Under the pieces are notes generated by a model. It had not been told where the DNA came from and made no database searches. It worked only from the letters and a program-made list of their open reading frames with translations. A DNA stretch of 64,000 nucleotides from Spirochaetaceae bacterium (lineage in GTDB: Bacteria > Spirochaetota > Spirochaetia > DSM-2461): assembly GCA_051531975.1 (NCBI GenBank), contig JAOPTT010000002.1, positions 537,968-601,967 on the forward strand, given 5' to 3'. A program made the position numbers and the translations under genes. Below are positions 17,389-28,141 of the stretch, piece by piece; the stretch's first letter is position 1, and every line of letters starts with the position of its first letter.

Positions 17389-19473
17389 ATGAAAAGAAAT
17401 TTCATTGCAATAATATTTGCAATTGTATCCGTCGGTAATTTGTTTTCAGAAATGACTGTAAATACAGATCAATTATCAAATACAGGTATTATTAAACTAG
17501 ATGGGAAATGGGACTTTTATTGGAATAGATTGCTATCTCCAGAAGAAGTTAAACTTCCTGGTGTAGAACCAGATAACAAATTTGAAATGACATTTTGGAA
17601 TGATAAGGGATATTCACCCTATGGTGTCGCAACATACCAACTAATCCTTAACTTGGAAGGAGATAATACTCCCTCGACATTAGGTTTAGAGATGTACTCT
17701 ATATATTCCGCCTACCGGCTTTATATTAATGGAAAACTAATAGCCAGCGAAGGAGAATTAGGGCTTTCAGCAGATACTGAAAAGAGTAGATCTCCTAGAA
17801 CATCAGTCTTTTTTGGCCATGATCAGGACAGATTAGATATAATTTTCCAAGTATCTAACCATCATTATATATATTGTGGAGGAGTTGGTGGCCCTCCTGT
17901 TCTAGGATCAGCAAAAACCATATCAAATCGTAAAATTATTAAGACAGGTAGCAACCTTTTCATGGTTGCGGCATTCCTATTTATGGGCCTCTATCATATA
18001 GCACTGTTTCTTTTCAGATCCAAAGATAGAGCATCATTATATCTAGGGCTCTTCTCTCTGACTCTTTGTTTTAGAAGCTTCTTAATTACTGGGGAAAAGG
18101 TCGCCTTCGACTTGCTACCTTGGCTAAATGTACCCATATTCAACAGTCTTCAAAATCTAGGAATATTTCCACTATTACCTCTATTTATGCTTTATATAAC
18201 CCACCTTTTCAAAAAAGAGAAAAAACAGATTCTCAATACAGTTTTTATTGGGGCTTCCATAATCCTTCTTATTGTTAGTTATATAAAGCTCGGTTACAAC
18301 TTAGATTTAGAATCCGGTAAAACTGCCCTAACCTTCGACATATTGAAGATCTATAACCCAATTATAATATGTGGGCTTTTATATATATTTTATGTTCTAG
18401 TAAAAGCGATCTCCCATAAACGACATGAGAGTTCGTTAATTGCAGCTGGATTTGGATTTATTTTTCTTGTTAGCTTAAATGACATTTTATTTAATCTAAA
18501 TGTAATTAATACTAACTATTATTTAGGTATTGGATTTTTAGTCTTTCTCTTTATCCAAACTCTTATTTTAGCTCGTCGTTTTTCTAGGGCTTTCTCTAAA
18601 GTTGAAAGTCAGTCTAGGACCCTAAAACAACAACAAAAACAAATTGAAGAAATGAATCAGGATCTTGAGCAGAAGATTCAAAAGAGAACAAACGAACTAG
18701 AAGAGAGAAATAGTAACATTTTATACAGCACCCAATATGCCAAAATCATTCAAACGTCAATTCTTCCTAAACCCGAAGTTCTATCTTTGTATTTAAAGAA
18801 ACAATTTGTAATATGGAAGCCACGGGATATTGTAGGTGGGGATTTTTACTGGTTTGAACCCCTAGATAATGGATTTCTTTTAGCTGTTATTGACTGTACA
18901 GGCCATGGTGTCCCAGGCGCCCTAATGACAATGTCTGCGACAACGGTATTAAGGCAGGTAGTTTCATATGTAGATAAAGATGATCCAGGACAGATTTTAG
19001 ATGAATCAAATAAAATTCTTCGTAATCTTCTAAATCAGCAGAGTAGAGATGCTAAATCAAATGACGGGTTTGACATTGGACTTTGTTATTACAATTTTTC
19101 TGAAAGATCTCTTACTTTTGCTGGAGCAAATATCCCTTTGATTATTCTAAGAAATGGAATTTGCAATAGGATTAAAGCAGACCGCCAAGGTATAGGTTTT
19201 CCCCGATCCAAGGAGGATTACAGATACACAAACAATTCTGTACATCTGGAATCCGGAGATACTTTATATCTAAGTTCTAATGGTTTTGTTAATCAGCTTG
19301 GAGGTGAACATGGCTATTCCTTGGGCTGGACAAAGTTTTTTAAAATACTAGAAAAGATGGATGGAGTACCACTAGATGAGCAAAAAGATTTAATTATTCA
19401 AGATTTTACTAAATATCAAAACGGAGAACCTCAAATCGATGACATTACACTACTTGGGTTCAAAATCGAATAA
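17389..19473 (+). CDS. 7TM-DISM receptor with SpoIIE/PP2C phosphatase output (a metal-binding Asp is substituted)
   Basis: Signal peptide, LDGKWDFYW sugar-binding-type domain, 7 TM, coiled coil, VGGDFYW, DCTGHGVPGA, DDIT; SSNG in place of TDG/SDG. Confidence 0.85.
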   Translation: MKRNFIAIIFAIVSVGNLFSEMTVNTDQLSNTGIIKLDGKWDFYWNRLLSPEEVKLPGVEPDNKFEMTFWNDKGYSPYGVATYQLILNLEGDNTPSTLGLEMYSIYSAYRLYINGKLIASEGELGLSADTEKSRSPRTSVFFGHDQDRLDIIFQVSNHHYIYCGGVGGPPVLGSAKTISNRKIIKTGSNLFMVAAFLFMGLYHIALFLFRSKDRASLYLGLFSLTLCFRSFLITGEKVAFDLLPWLNVPIFNSLQNLGIFPLLPLFMLYITHLFKKEKKQILNTVFIGASIILLIVSYIKLGYNLDLESGKTALTFDILKIYNPIIICGLLYIFYVLVKAISHKRHESSLIAAGFGFIFLVSLNDILFNLNVINTNYYLGIGFLVFLFIQTLILARRFSRAFSKVESQSRTLKQQQKQIEEMNQDLEQKIQKRTNELEERNSNILYSTQYAKIIQTSILPKPEVLSLYLKKQFVIWKPRDIVGGDFYWFEPLDNGFLLAVIDCTGHGVPGALMTMSATTVLRQVVSYVDKDDPGQILDESNKILRNLLNQQSRDAKSNDGFDIGLCYYNFSERSLTFAGANIPLIILRNGICNRIKADRQGIGFPRSKEDYRYTNNSVHLESGDTLYLSSNGFVNQLGGEHGYSLGWTKFFKILEKMDGVPLDEQKDLIIQDFTKYQNGEPQIDDITLLGFKIE

Positions 19474-19512
19474 TTGTAAATGAAAATCTGAAGTTTAAAG
19501 ACAGATCACCTG

Positions 19513-22500
19513 TTATTTTAAGTCATCTAAAATAGTATTAATTATTGGTATTGCTTGTTTCATTTTATAACTACCTAGTAGCTTTTTAACCTCTTTTATC
19601 TGAAGTAGTATACTATTTTCTATCTTAGTTAATATTAGTTCTTCTAGAATTAGCATAGCTGGTTTAGGTTTCCTAGAATTTAAGGATTTAAGAGCTTCAG
19701 TTAATTGTAATTCTAACTCTTGTTTAGATATCTCTTTTTTATCTATATTTACATCTTCATTATTTAGAATTCCTGAACTATTTATATCTAATATTAATTC
19801 ATTAATACTCTTTTGAATAAAACTAATTATATCTTTAACGTCTATATCAGATTTCAGATTTAACTCCAAATTGCCTAATAGATCTTTTAAAGAATCAGCC
19901 CCAAGGTTACCAGAGACACCTTTTACAGTATGAGCTAACCTAATAGCTTCATCTTTTTTATTATTAGAAAGAAGTAGATTCATCTGAATGTCAAAATCAC
20001 TGTAGTTATCTATAAATTTTTGAAATAAAGAGATTAAAACCTTACTGTTTCCTCCAACTCTTTTCAGTGCATCCTTAATATTTATATTTCTAATTTTTGG
20101 TAGTTCTTTTTTAGAAACGTCTGTCTTATTAAAATACTCAGATGGAATATCTCTATTTCCTGTTTTTATCCATTTTGAGAGAGTTAACCATAACTTATCA
20201 GTATCAATAGGTTTGCTTAAATAGTCATTCATACCAGACTCTAAAACACTATCTCTTATTCCAACCATAGCATCTGCTGTCATGGCAACTATTGGTAATT
20301 CATTAACTTTAAAAGTCTCTCTTATTTTTACAGTTGAACCATAACCGTCAAGATTTGGCATTTGTAGATCCATTAAAATTAGGTCATACGCTTTATTTTG
20401 AGCCATTTTCCAAGCTTCAATACCATCATTTGCAACATCTACAAAAAATCCTTCACTCTCTAATAACTCAACTGCAACTTGTTGGTTTATCTCATTATCT
20501 TCTGCTAATAATAGTTTAGCTCCTCTTTTTCCATCTAAACTAACTTTATTATCTGAACTAGTAGATCTATAATCCTTTATTCTCTGCATTCCATAAATAT
20601 TTAATATAGCATTAAACAGTTCAGACTGGCTTATAGGTTTTGATATCTGGGTTCTGTTTTCCCAGTCATCAGGAATTGTACCAATAACTCCTTCTTTTAG
20701 ATCTTTTAATATAATAAATTCATATTTTTCTCTACTTAATATTATTAGGTCATAATGATCTGAGGAGTAACTATTAGGCTCATGTTGTAGTGCTGTAACA
20801 GAAAAGTTAAAGGATTCAAGATACTCTGTTAGTACTTTTAGGCTTGTTAGGTTATTATCTACAACCATTATTTTTAGAGAATCAAGTTTATCTATTGTAT
20901 AACTTTGCTGAATATTGTTTTGGATTTTTAAAGGCAGAGTAAAATAAAAATTAGAACCTTTACCAGAAGTACTTTCAACTCCGATCTCTCCACCCATAAT
21001 CTCAACCAAGCTTTTACTAATAGAGAGACCAAGACCTGTTCCTCCGTACTTTCTAGTGGTTGAACTATCAGCCTGAGAAAAGGACTGAAACAATTTCCCT
21101 ATCTGCTCTCTTGTTAAACCAATTCCAGTATCTTTTACTTCAAATAGCAGAGACAATTCAGATATTTTTTTTGTAGAAACTTTAACAGAGACCTCAACTT
21201 CCCCTTCTTTTGTAAACTTAATTGCGTTATTAGAAAGATTAAGAAGTATTTGTCCAAGTCTAAGAGGGTCTCCAATTAATAAATGAGGAATAACAGGTTC
21301 TATATAAAAAACCAATTCAAGATTTTTTTCTTTAGTTTTAGAAGATAGAACACTGCTTAAATTATTAAAAACATCTTGAATATTAAAATCTATATACTCT
21401 ACATTTAATTTCCCAGCTTCAATTTTAGAAAAATCTAGAATATCATTAATAATTCCTAAAAGGTTTTTTGCTGATCCATATATTTTGTCAGTGTAATCTA
21501 ATTGTTTAGAATTTAACTCAGTTTTTTGCATTAGATGAGAAAGACCCAAGATAGCATTCATTGGAGTTCTTATCTCGTGACTCATATTTGCTAAAAAGTC
21601 ACTTTTAGCTTTTGTTGCGGCTTCCGCTTCATCCCTTGCTCTTTCTAGGTTCTGAGTCATGGATACCAATTCTGTAATATCTCTAGCTACCCATAAAATA
21701 TGTATGTTCCCATCTACTATAACCTGAGCTAAACGAGCCTCGAAGTATTGTGGTATATTGTTATTATCAGTTAAATTATATTCTATAACCCTAACTTCAT
21801 CTGATTTTAAGACATCTTTTATATTTTGAATAATTTTTAAAACTATATCTTTATCAAATATTTCACTTATTGATTTTCCAATAATAAAATCTAAGTCATT
21901 ATTATTAAGTTCATTTTTTGAGATGGATTCAACAAAAAGTCCATTGGTATCTAATAAGTATGTTATATCCGGCATTGCATTTAATAAAGATCTCATCCGG
22001 GCTTCTCTCTCTTCTATAGTTGCCATAGAGTCTTCCAATTGTTCATGAATCTCTGACCTAGACCGAAGCATTTTATTTGCCATTTCAGATAAATCTTTAA
22101 ATTCTTTATAATTTATTTTGTTAGAATCAATATAGACATTACTACTGCTTGCGTTATTAAAAAAGTTTGAAAAGAGTTTAAAATTCTTTTTTACTGATAT
22201 TGCATAATAAATAAAGATACCAACACCTATTAATACTGCAAAAAATACAAGTATTATAAGCTCCCTAATATTCTCAAGTATATCTTCTTCTAATAATATT
22301 TTTCTTTTTTCTATTATTTCATCAACTTGATGTAAATATAGACCAGAACCAATTATCCAATCCCAATCTGGATAATATTTTGCATAGGCCATTTTAGGTA
22401 GATCCTCTCCAATACCTCTATGTGTCCAGTCATAATAAACAAAAAGTGGTTCTTCGCTGGATGCCGATTCTAAAATGGTAGAAAATAGATTAACTTCACT

Positions 22501-23325
22501 TTCAATACCAGATTCATAAGAATTTATACCTTCCCGATCAGGATAGATTGGATGCATAACGGTTGTAGATTTACTATTATATATAAATAGATAACCTTCA
22601 TCATTTTCATAACGAATCTCCCTAATCCTTTTAATGGTCTCAGCTTGAATACTTTCCTTAATTTCGTTCCTATATTCACCTGTACCAATGATCCAATTAA
22701 ATGGCTCAAAAACCTTATTATACGAGATTTTAGGTTCTACTTTATCTGTATCAGCTCTATAAAAGCTATATTGAGTAAAGGAGTCACCATCTTGTTTTAC
22801 TGTATTAATTATATCTTGTATTGGATAATTCCCTAACTCATCACTAGAATTATAAGCCTCTAATGAACCTTCTAGCCAGGGTTTATCAGGGTATAAAAAG
22901 CATAATCCATCTAGCCCATAGATAAAATAATAACCTCTGTTATTATTAAAACGTAACCTACGAAAATACTCTACAATACGTTCCTGTATCTGTTTGTCTG
23001 ACTCAAGACCTTTATACTGATTATAAATTGATAAAATAATAGAATAAGCTTCCTCAACTTTTTCTATTAGCTCATACTCAAGTCTCTCTTGAACAAGTTC
23101 TTGTTGATACTCAATAAATTTGATAGCATCATCTACTTCTAACTTAATTAGACTCTGTTTCTCTTTTATATAATCATCACGTATTTCAATTATGGTTTCA
23201 TTAAAGTTATCACGTTTATGATCTATGAAATTCAGAAGAATGATAAAACAGGTAGTGACAAGAATCACTAATGCAATTATCAAATTTATAGTAGTTAATC
23301 GGTAGGAGATACTTTTCTTCATCAC
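19513..23325 (-). CDS. Hybrid sensor histidine kinase (2x single Cache, PAS, HisKA, HATPase, degenerate REC, REC, HPt)
   Basis: [51 protein letters not shown]; two GY.FIY...W.WIIG.G Cache repeats. Confidence 0.93.
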   Translation of the reverse strand: MMKKSISYRLTTINLIIALVILVTTCFIILLNFIDHKRDNFNETIIEIRDDYIKEKQSLIKLEVDDAIKFIEYQQELVQERLEYELIEKVEEAYSIILSIYNQYKGLESDKQIQERIVEYFRRLRFNNNRGYYFIYGLDGLCFLYPDKPWLEGSLEAYNSSDELGNYPIQDIINTVKQDGDSFTQYSFYRADTDKVEPKISYNKVFEPFNWIIGTGEYRNEIKESIQAETIKRIREIRYENDEGYLFIYNSKSTTVMHPIYPDREGINSYESGIESEVNLFSTILESASSEEPLFVYYDWTHRGIGEDLPKMAYAKYYPDWDWIIGSGLYLHQVDEIIEKRKILLEEDILENIRELIILVFFAVLIGVGIFIYYAISVKKNFKLFSNFFNNASSSNVYIDSNKINYKEFKDLSEMANKMLRSRSEIHEQLEDSMATIEEREARMRSLLNAMPDITYLLDTNGLFVESISKNELNNNDLDFIIGKSISEIFDKDIVLKIIQNIKDVLKSDEVRVIEYNLTDNNNIPQYFEARLAQVIVDGNIHILWVARDITELVSMTQNLERARDEAEAATKAKSDFLANMSHEIRTPMNAILGLSHLMQKTELNSKQLDYTDKIYGSAKNLLGIINDILDFSKIEAGKLNVEYIDFNIQDVFNNLSSVLSSKTKEKNLELVFYIEPVIPHLLIGDPLRLGQILLNLSNNAIKFTKEGEVEVSVKVSTKKISELSLLFEVKDTGIGLTREQIGKLFQSFSQADSSTTRKYGGTGLGLSISKSLVEIMGGEIGVESTSGKGSNFYFTLPLKIQNNIQQSYTIDKLDSLKIMVVDNNLTSLKVLTEYLESFNFSVTALQHEPNSYSSDHYDLIILSREKYEFIILKDLKEGVIGTIPDDWENRTQISKPISQSELFNAILNIYGMQRIKDYRSTSSDNKVSLDGKRGAKLLLAEDNEINQQVAVELLESEGFFVDVANDGIEAWKMAQNKAYDLILMDLQMPNLDGYGSTVKIRETFKVNELPIVAMTADAMVGIRDSVLESGMNDYLSKPIDTDKLWLTLSKWIKTGNRDIPSEYFNKTDVSKKELPKIRNINIKDALKRVGGNSKVLISLFQKFIDNYSDFDIQMNLLLSNNKKDEAIRLAHTVKGVSGNLGADSLKDLLGNLELNLKSDIDVKDIISFIQKSINELILDINSSGILNNEDVNIDKKEISKQELELQLTEALKSLNSRKPKPAMLILEELILTKIENSILLQIKEVKKLLGSYKMKQAIPIINTILDDLK

Positions 23326-23372
23326 AGTAATAATAATTCAATTTTTATTTTAATACTATCTTATAAAAATAT

Positions 23373-24383
23373 TTAATATCCCAAATTATCAACGAGTTGT
23401 GACCACTTATTTATGTTATAATCTTTATTTTTAGCTGCCTCTGCAAAATTATAAGGAATAGTTTTTATATCACTAATTTTTGGAAGAGAAGCAGATACTG
23501 CGCCATCTATTCGTACCGAACGTCTTCCCATAATTTCAACTAGAAAATCTTGAATTTCTTTTGATAATACCCAGTTAATAAACTGTTTTCCTGCGTCGGG
23601 ATTAGGTCCATTTTTTACAAGGGCAATTCCATCTGGAGCAACGGTAGTACCGTCTTCAGGATAAATTATTTTTACTGGTCCACCTGCTTCAAAATATCTA
23701 AAAGCACTATCTTCTAATGTAATTCCAATAGCTGCCTCACCGCTATTTACCAGTTTGGGTACTGCTGAAGAGCTACCTGATAATTCCATATTTTTTAATA
23801 TATTATTATATACTCTCCAACCATCGTCACCATAACTATTTAAAATAGTTACAAGCTGAGTATAGGAAGATCCTGATTTATCTGCTCTTGCACTTGAGAT
23901 TTTATTCCTAAATTTTGATGATGTTAGATCTTCCCAACTTTTTGGTAATTCATCAGGGGTTAGAAGTTCAGTATTAGCTAACAGAACCATTATTATACCT
24001 GTATAAGGGAGCCATTTAGTTCCAACTTTATATACAGGATCTATAATATCCCATTCTGATGGGGTAAAATCTTCTAAAAGTTCATTGTTTGCCTCAAGCT
24101 GTTCTCCAGATACACTCCAGATAACATCACATTTAGGTTTACCACTCTCTACCCTCACTCTTGTAAGAATATCAGCTGACCCCATTCTAACGACATTAGC
24201 CTTGATACCACTTACGAGTTCAAATCTCTCCACAAGAATATTTATAGTCTCTTGGCTATGAGCTGAGTATAATGTAACAGATTCCGCTAATACTTGTTGT
24301 TCTTCCTCTACTCCAGTTTTAGAATAAGCTGAAATACTAATACAAAATATTAATAACACTAAAAATAACCTGTTCATAGACAC
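23373..24383 (-). CDS. Extracellular solute-binding protein (Fe3+/phosphonate/polyamine-type cluster), no ABC partners nearby
   Basis: Signal peptide; PKSWEDL, SGSSY, IYPEDGT...PDGIALVK..PNP..GKQFINW. Confidence 0.85.
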   Translation of the reverse strand: MSMNRLFLVLLIFCISISAYSKTGVEEEQQVLAESVTLYSAHSQETINILVERFELVSGIKANVVRMGSADILTRVRVESGKPKCDVIWSVSGEQLEANNELLEDFTPSEWDIIDPVYKVGTKWLPYTGIIMVLLANTELLTPDELPKSWEDLTSSKFRNKISSARADKSGSSYTQLVTILNSYGDDGWRVYNNILKNMELSGSSSAVPKLVNSGEAAIGITLEDSAFRYFEAGGPVKIIYPEDGTTVAPDGIALVKNGPNPDAGKQFINWVLSKEIQDFLVEIMGRRSVRIDGAVSASLPKISDIKTIPYNFAEAAKNKDYNINKWSQLVDNLGY

Positions 24384-24527
24384 ACTCCAATAAAAACATT
24401 CATCTAATTTTAATATTTCTGTATGTTATTTGCAAACAAAATTAATAAATCCACTGATTCTAAAATATTATATTGAATTGTAGTATAATAAAAAGAGCCA
24501 ATAGATTAGTTGGATTTTTATGAAATT

Positions 24528-26402
24528 TTACATGTGGATTGTAAAGAAGTTCCAGTTATATAATTCAGCTAACATCATTAAGTTAAGGATAATATGGATA
24601 ATATCCATAACTCTTTGCTTTGTTGTTAATTTGAACTTCTTCTGAAGAATATATGACATGATAATAAAGACAGATGTTAAACAGAGATAGGCATAATTTA
24701 ACAGAAGTAGAGATTTGACTTCAGAGAAGGACATAAACCTTTTGGTCAGAAATATACTTATTGCCATGAGATTTGTAATTAACATACAGCACCCCAAAAG
24801 TCTGAATCCCAATTGCAACCAGTTGTATCTTTTATAGCTTAGTTCCTGTTTTTTACTTTGAATTATCATTACCAGAGTTACAATAAACCCAGTAATTCCA
24901 CTTAAAATAAAAAGTATCAAGGTAGCTAAACTTCTTAATGTAGACTTCATTGGCTGTAAGTCTAATCCCCGACCTGCAGTAATCTGAATAACTTCAGTTC
25001 CCTCTACTTCAAACTTTAACTCGGGGTACATAATATTAAATAATGGCCCTGTCCCATTCGCTATTTCATAATAGTATGGAGAAGTCTGGATATACTTTTG
25101 ATTATAGATAGAAAGGTTTAATGTTATTTCATTTTCACCTGTCTTTTGTATAACAGATGGATTTAAATAGCTTAATAACTCTAAATAACTTCCTTCTGGT
25201 CTTCTAAAAGGCAGGTATTTCCCTGAAACTAAACTGGAATCAGGAAGGTCTTTACCTGAATTATCGATTATATTACCGGATTTCCCTGTTAATAGTTCCT
25301 GAATCCCAAATGCTAAATCCATTTCTCCCTGTACATTTGTCAGCGTGATAACAGCGAAGTTCTCAGCTGGGACAATAATAAACTGACTTGTAAAAGCTAT
25401 TCCATTTCCACCGTGACCATATCCCTTTTTTGCACCACTAAACTCAAAGAAACCATGAGCTGTATTAAAATAAGAAGTAGTAAACATTCGATTTATAGTT
25501 TTATTTGATTCAAATATTGCTGTTTTACTCTGTTTTGGCATTAAAGCGATGGCAAACCTAGCTAAATCTCCAATTGTACCATTTAATGAACCTGCAGGGG
25601 CATTGTTTGTATATGTCCAGGGACCTTCTAAAAACCCACCTTTTCCATCTGGAATATAACCCATAGCCTTATTATATCTGATTTGTGCCGAAACATTAAA
25701 ATAGGGATCAGATGTACTTTTAGTCATATTTAGGGGGGTTAAAAAGTTCTGTTCCAGATATTCAGAATAAGTCATACCTGTCACATTTTCAATAATAAGT
25801 CCGGCAAGTGCTGCACCATGATTACTGTAAGCACTGGTCTTCCCTACTTCCATAAACTGTTCAGGATGACTTTTAAGAAAACCCTGGGTAAGATTATAAT
25901 TTTCGACAGGTGTAGGAAACACTAAATCAAAACCATAATCACCAAAACCTGTTGTGTGGTTCATTAAGTCCAATAGAGTAATTGGCTTGGCATCTTTTAA
26001 TGCTTCTACAACTTCTTTAGGTAGATAACTTCTTATATCCTCATTTAGTTTTACAAGGCCTCTCTCCTCAAGCTGCATAAGACTACTCCATGTAAAAAGT
26101 TTTGTAATTGAAGCCCACTCAAATATAGTAGATTCACTATTTATCTTTTCTCCAGTTTTAATATTCTTAAATCCGTAACCCTTTGAGAAAATAATTTCTC
26201 CATCTTTTATTACAGCTATGGCAGCACCTGGTGTGGATTTACCAATATATTCCTGTGCATATTCATCAATGATATTTTCCAATTTGTTAAAAGGGATGCC
26301 TGAAGGCGTCGTACCATTAACTGTATCCACAGATAACTGCATAGGGAAAGTTACCCCTGTAATAATTAGTAAAATAATAACCGCTAATAATTGCCTGTTC
26401 AT
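24528..26402 (-). CDS. Serine hydrolase (beta-lactamase/AmpC-like family) with C-terminal membrane anchor
   Basis: WASITK (SxxK), LMNHTTG, YSN, GHGG; 4 C-terminal TM helices. Confidence 0.88.
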   Translation of the reverse strand: MNRQLLAVIILLIITGVTFPMQLSVDTVNGTTPSGIPFNKLENIIDEYAQEYIGKSTPGAAIAVIKDGEIIFSKGYGFKNIKTGEKINSESTIFEWASITKLFTWSSLMQLEERGLVKLNEDIRSYLPKEVVEALKDAKPITLLDLMNHTTGFGDYGFDLVFPTPVENYNLTQGFLKSHPEQFMEVGKTSAYSNHGAALAGLIIENVTGMTYSEYLEQNFLTPLNMTKSTSDPYFNVSAQIRYNKAMGYIPDGKGGFLEGPWTYTNNAPAGSLNGTIGDLARFAIALMPKQSKTAIFESNKTINRMFTTSYFNTAHGFFEFSGAKKGYGHGGNGIAFTSQFIIVPAENFAVITLTNVQGEMDLAFGIQELLTGKSGNIIDNSGKDLPDSSLVSGKYLPFRRPEGSYLELLSYLNPSVIQKTGENEITLNLSIYNQKYIQTSPYYYEIANGTGPLFNIMYPELKFEVEGTEVIQITAGRGLDLQPMKSTLRSLATLILFILSGITGFIVTLVMIIQSKKQELSYKRYNWLQLGFRLLGCCMLITNLMAISIFLTKRFMSFSEVKSLLLLNYAYLCLTSVFIIMSYILQKKFKLTTKQRVMDIIHIILNLMMLAELYNWNFFTIHM

Positions 26403-26421
26403 TTTTTCTCCTTTTTCCGTG

Positions 26422-26438
26422 ACTGACAGAGTGTCAGT
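26422..26438. promoter_or_regulatory. TetR operator (copy 1)
   Basis: Perfect palindrome ACTGACA-GAG-TGTCAGT just upstream of the hydrolase RBS. Confidence 0.75.
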
Positions 26439-26481
26439 ATTATTTTAAAAAAAATCCAATAAGTATTTACTGAACAATATG

Positions 26482-27117
26482 TTAATAATAAAAGGGCTTT
26501 AACCCTAATGTTTTATAAATTAGTTCTTTGAATCCATTAAACAGCAACATCTGCCCTTCAATGGTATTTCCATGATAATGGGGATCGTTTAATACAAAAG
26601 TTAAACCAGTCATTAAAAAAGACGCAGTAGCATATGGGTAATCTACTTTAAAGTTACCCTCTTTAACTCCCTGTAAAATTATTCTTTCAAATACACCTGT
26701 AGCTTTATAGGATATTTTATGACTTATCTGATCCAGCATATAGTTATTCTCTTTAAGTTGGATAGTATCCTGAAGTGATTTAAGCTGTTCTATCTGCTTT
26801 TTAGTTAAATCGTTATTTTCCGGGTCTACAGTTATTGTAGCCTCAATGAATGCCCTTACCTTTTCTGGTGCTGTCATTACCGAATTATTTACAATATTAT
26901 CAAACTTACTGATTAACCCTCGGGTTCTATTTTCCACTATGTGCCACAAGATATCCTCTTTTGATTCAAAGTGGTAATAGAGCAATCCCCTGGATATACC
27001 AAGAGCTTTAATTATGTCATTTGTAGTAGTAGGAATATAACCCTTTTCAAAAAATAGTCGTTCAGACATTGTCAAAATATCTTCTTTCCTCTCTTCAGGA
27101 TTTTTTACTTCTCTCAT
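26482..27117 (-). CDS. TetR/AcrR family transcriptional regulator
   Basis: MREVKNPEERK...LFFEKGY...ISRGLLYYHFESKE; start reassigned to ATG 27117 (GAGG RBS). Confidence 0.9.
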   Translation of the reverse strand: MREVKNPEERKEDILTMSERLFFEKGYIPTTTNDIIKALGISRGLLYYHFESKEDILWHIVENRTRGLISKFDNIVNNSVMTAPEKVRAFIEATITVDPENNDLTKKQIEQLKSLQDTIQLKENNYMLDQISHKISYKATGVFERIILQGVKEGNFKVDYPYATASFLMTGLTFVLNDPHYHGNTIEGQMLLFNGFKELIYKTLGLKPFYY

Positions 27118-27139
27118 ATGATACTTACCCTCTAAGGAT

Positions 27140-27168
27140 ATCTTAGATCTAAACTGACAGAGTGTCAA
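27140..27168 (-). promoter_or_regulatory. tetR promoter with operator copy 2 over the -35 box
   Basis: TTGACA-17 nt-TAAGAT on the minus strand; ACTGACAGAGTGTCA at 27153-27167, identical to copy 1. Confidence 0.75.
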
Positions 27169-27180
27169 TCAAACTAAATT

Positions 27181-28047
27181 TTAAGGAATATCATCTGCAC
27201 CCATTGGTCCGTAATAACTTTCCCAAAGTTTCTTTACACTGCCATCTGAGATGAGAGCTTTAAGGCTAGTGTTATATCGATCTAACAATGACTTATCAAG
27301 TATTTTTGAAAAGCCAGTTGTTATATTTTGACTAATTATTGGTTTCCCTACGAATTTAATTTTCCAGTTATTAATTTTGGAGTAATAAATTCCTATTCTT
27401 TTTACATCTGGAACTGCGTCTAATAAACCATTATTAAGATCCTCTAATGCTTTTGTCGTAGTAGGATATTGAATTAAATTAATCTCTTTTATATCTCTTA
27501 ATACCTGATATATATGACCCTGAGTTTGAACACCAACTTTTTTACCATAAAGGCTTTTTATTGTTTCATCTTTTGTAGAACCCAAAATATCAGTATTACC
27601 TTCACTAACAAATGTTATAAAATGAAGTATCTCATATGGAACCGATAAATTAAAAATCTCACGGTAATCTGGAAGATCTGGAACAGATAATCCAATATGG
27701 TGAGTCCCTGTTTTTAAGCCTTGAATTACTGGCCCCACATCACTATATGGTACAAATTTATATGATTGATTCATATGATTCATTATTAGAGTTTCCAGAT
27801 CAACATAAAAACCATGAACATCCCCATCGTCACCTAGATACATCCCAGGAGCACCATCTTGTCTAACAAATATTAAAATTGTATCTGTAGATGAAATTAC
27901 TGTTAGAGGTTTTCTATCACTACTAATAACTTCGTTCTTAGCGACTGTATAAGAGGAACTACTGTTATCATCATCAATTATAAGTTTATCCTTAGAACAT
28001 GCAAGCATAAGCATTATAAATATAAACATTGCTATTTTTCTGATCAT
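27181..28047 (-). CDS. Family 3 (amino-acid-type) solute-binding lipoprotein, no ABC partners nearby
   Basis: Lipobox LMLAC; GFYVDL, LYGKKVGVQ, ALEDLNNGLLDA, DGSVKKLWESYYG; start reassigned to ATG 28047. Confidence 0.82.
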   Translation of the reverse strand: MIRKIAMFIFIMLMLACSKDKLIIDDDNSSSSYTVAKNEVISSDRKPLTVISSTDTILIFVRQDGAPGMYLGDDGDVHGFYVDLETLIMNHMNQSYKFVPYSDVGPVIQGLKTGTHHIGLSVPDLPDYREIFNLSVPYEILHFITFVSEGNTDILGSTKDETIKSLYGKKVGVQTQGHIYQVLRDIKEINLIQYPTTTKALEDLNNGLLDAVPDVKRIGIYYSKINNWKIKFVGKPIISQNITTGFSKILDKSLLDRYNTSLKALISDGSVKKLWESYYGPMGADDIP

Positions 28048-28141
28048 AACTATAACTATATGAAAATGTAATGAAAAAAACAAATTAAATTATCTTTGTT
28101 TTACAATAAATTATGCTAAAATAATAAAAGAGGTAAAGACT

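Noticed and set aside
26482..27168. Longer TTG-start version of the TetR ORF
   Set aside because: The TTG is part of the -35 box/operator; ATG 27117 has an RBS and gives a typical TetR N-terminus.
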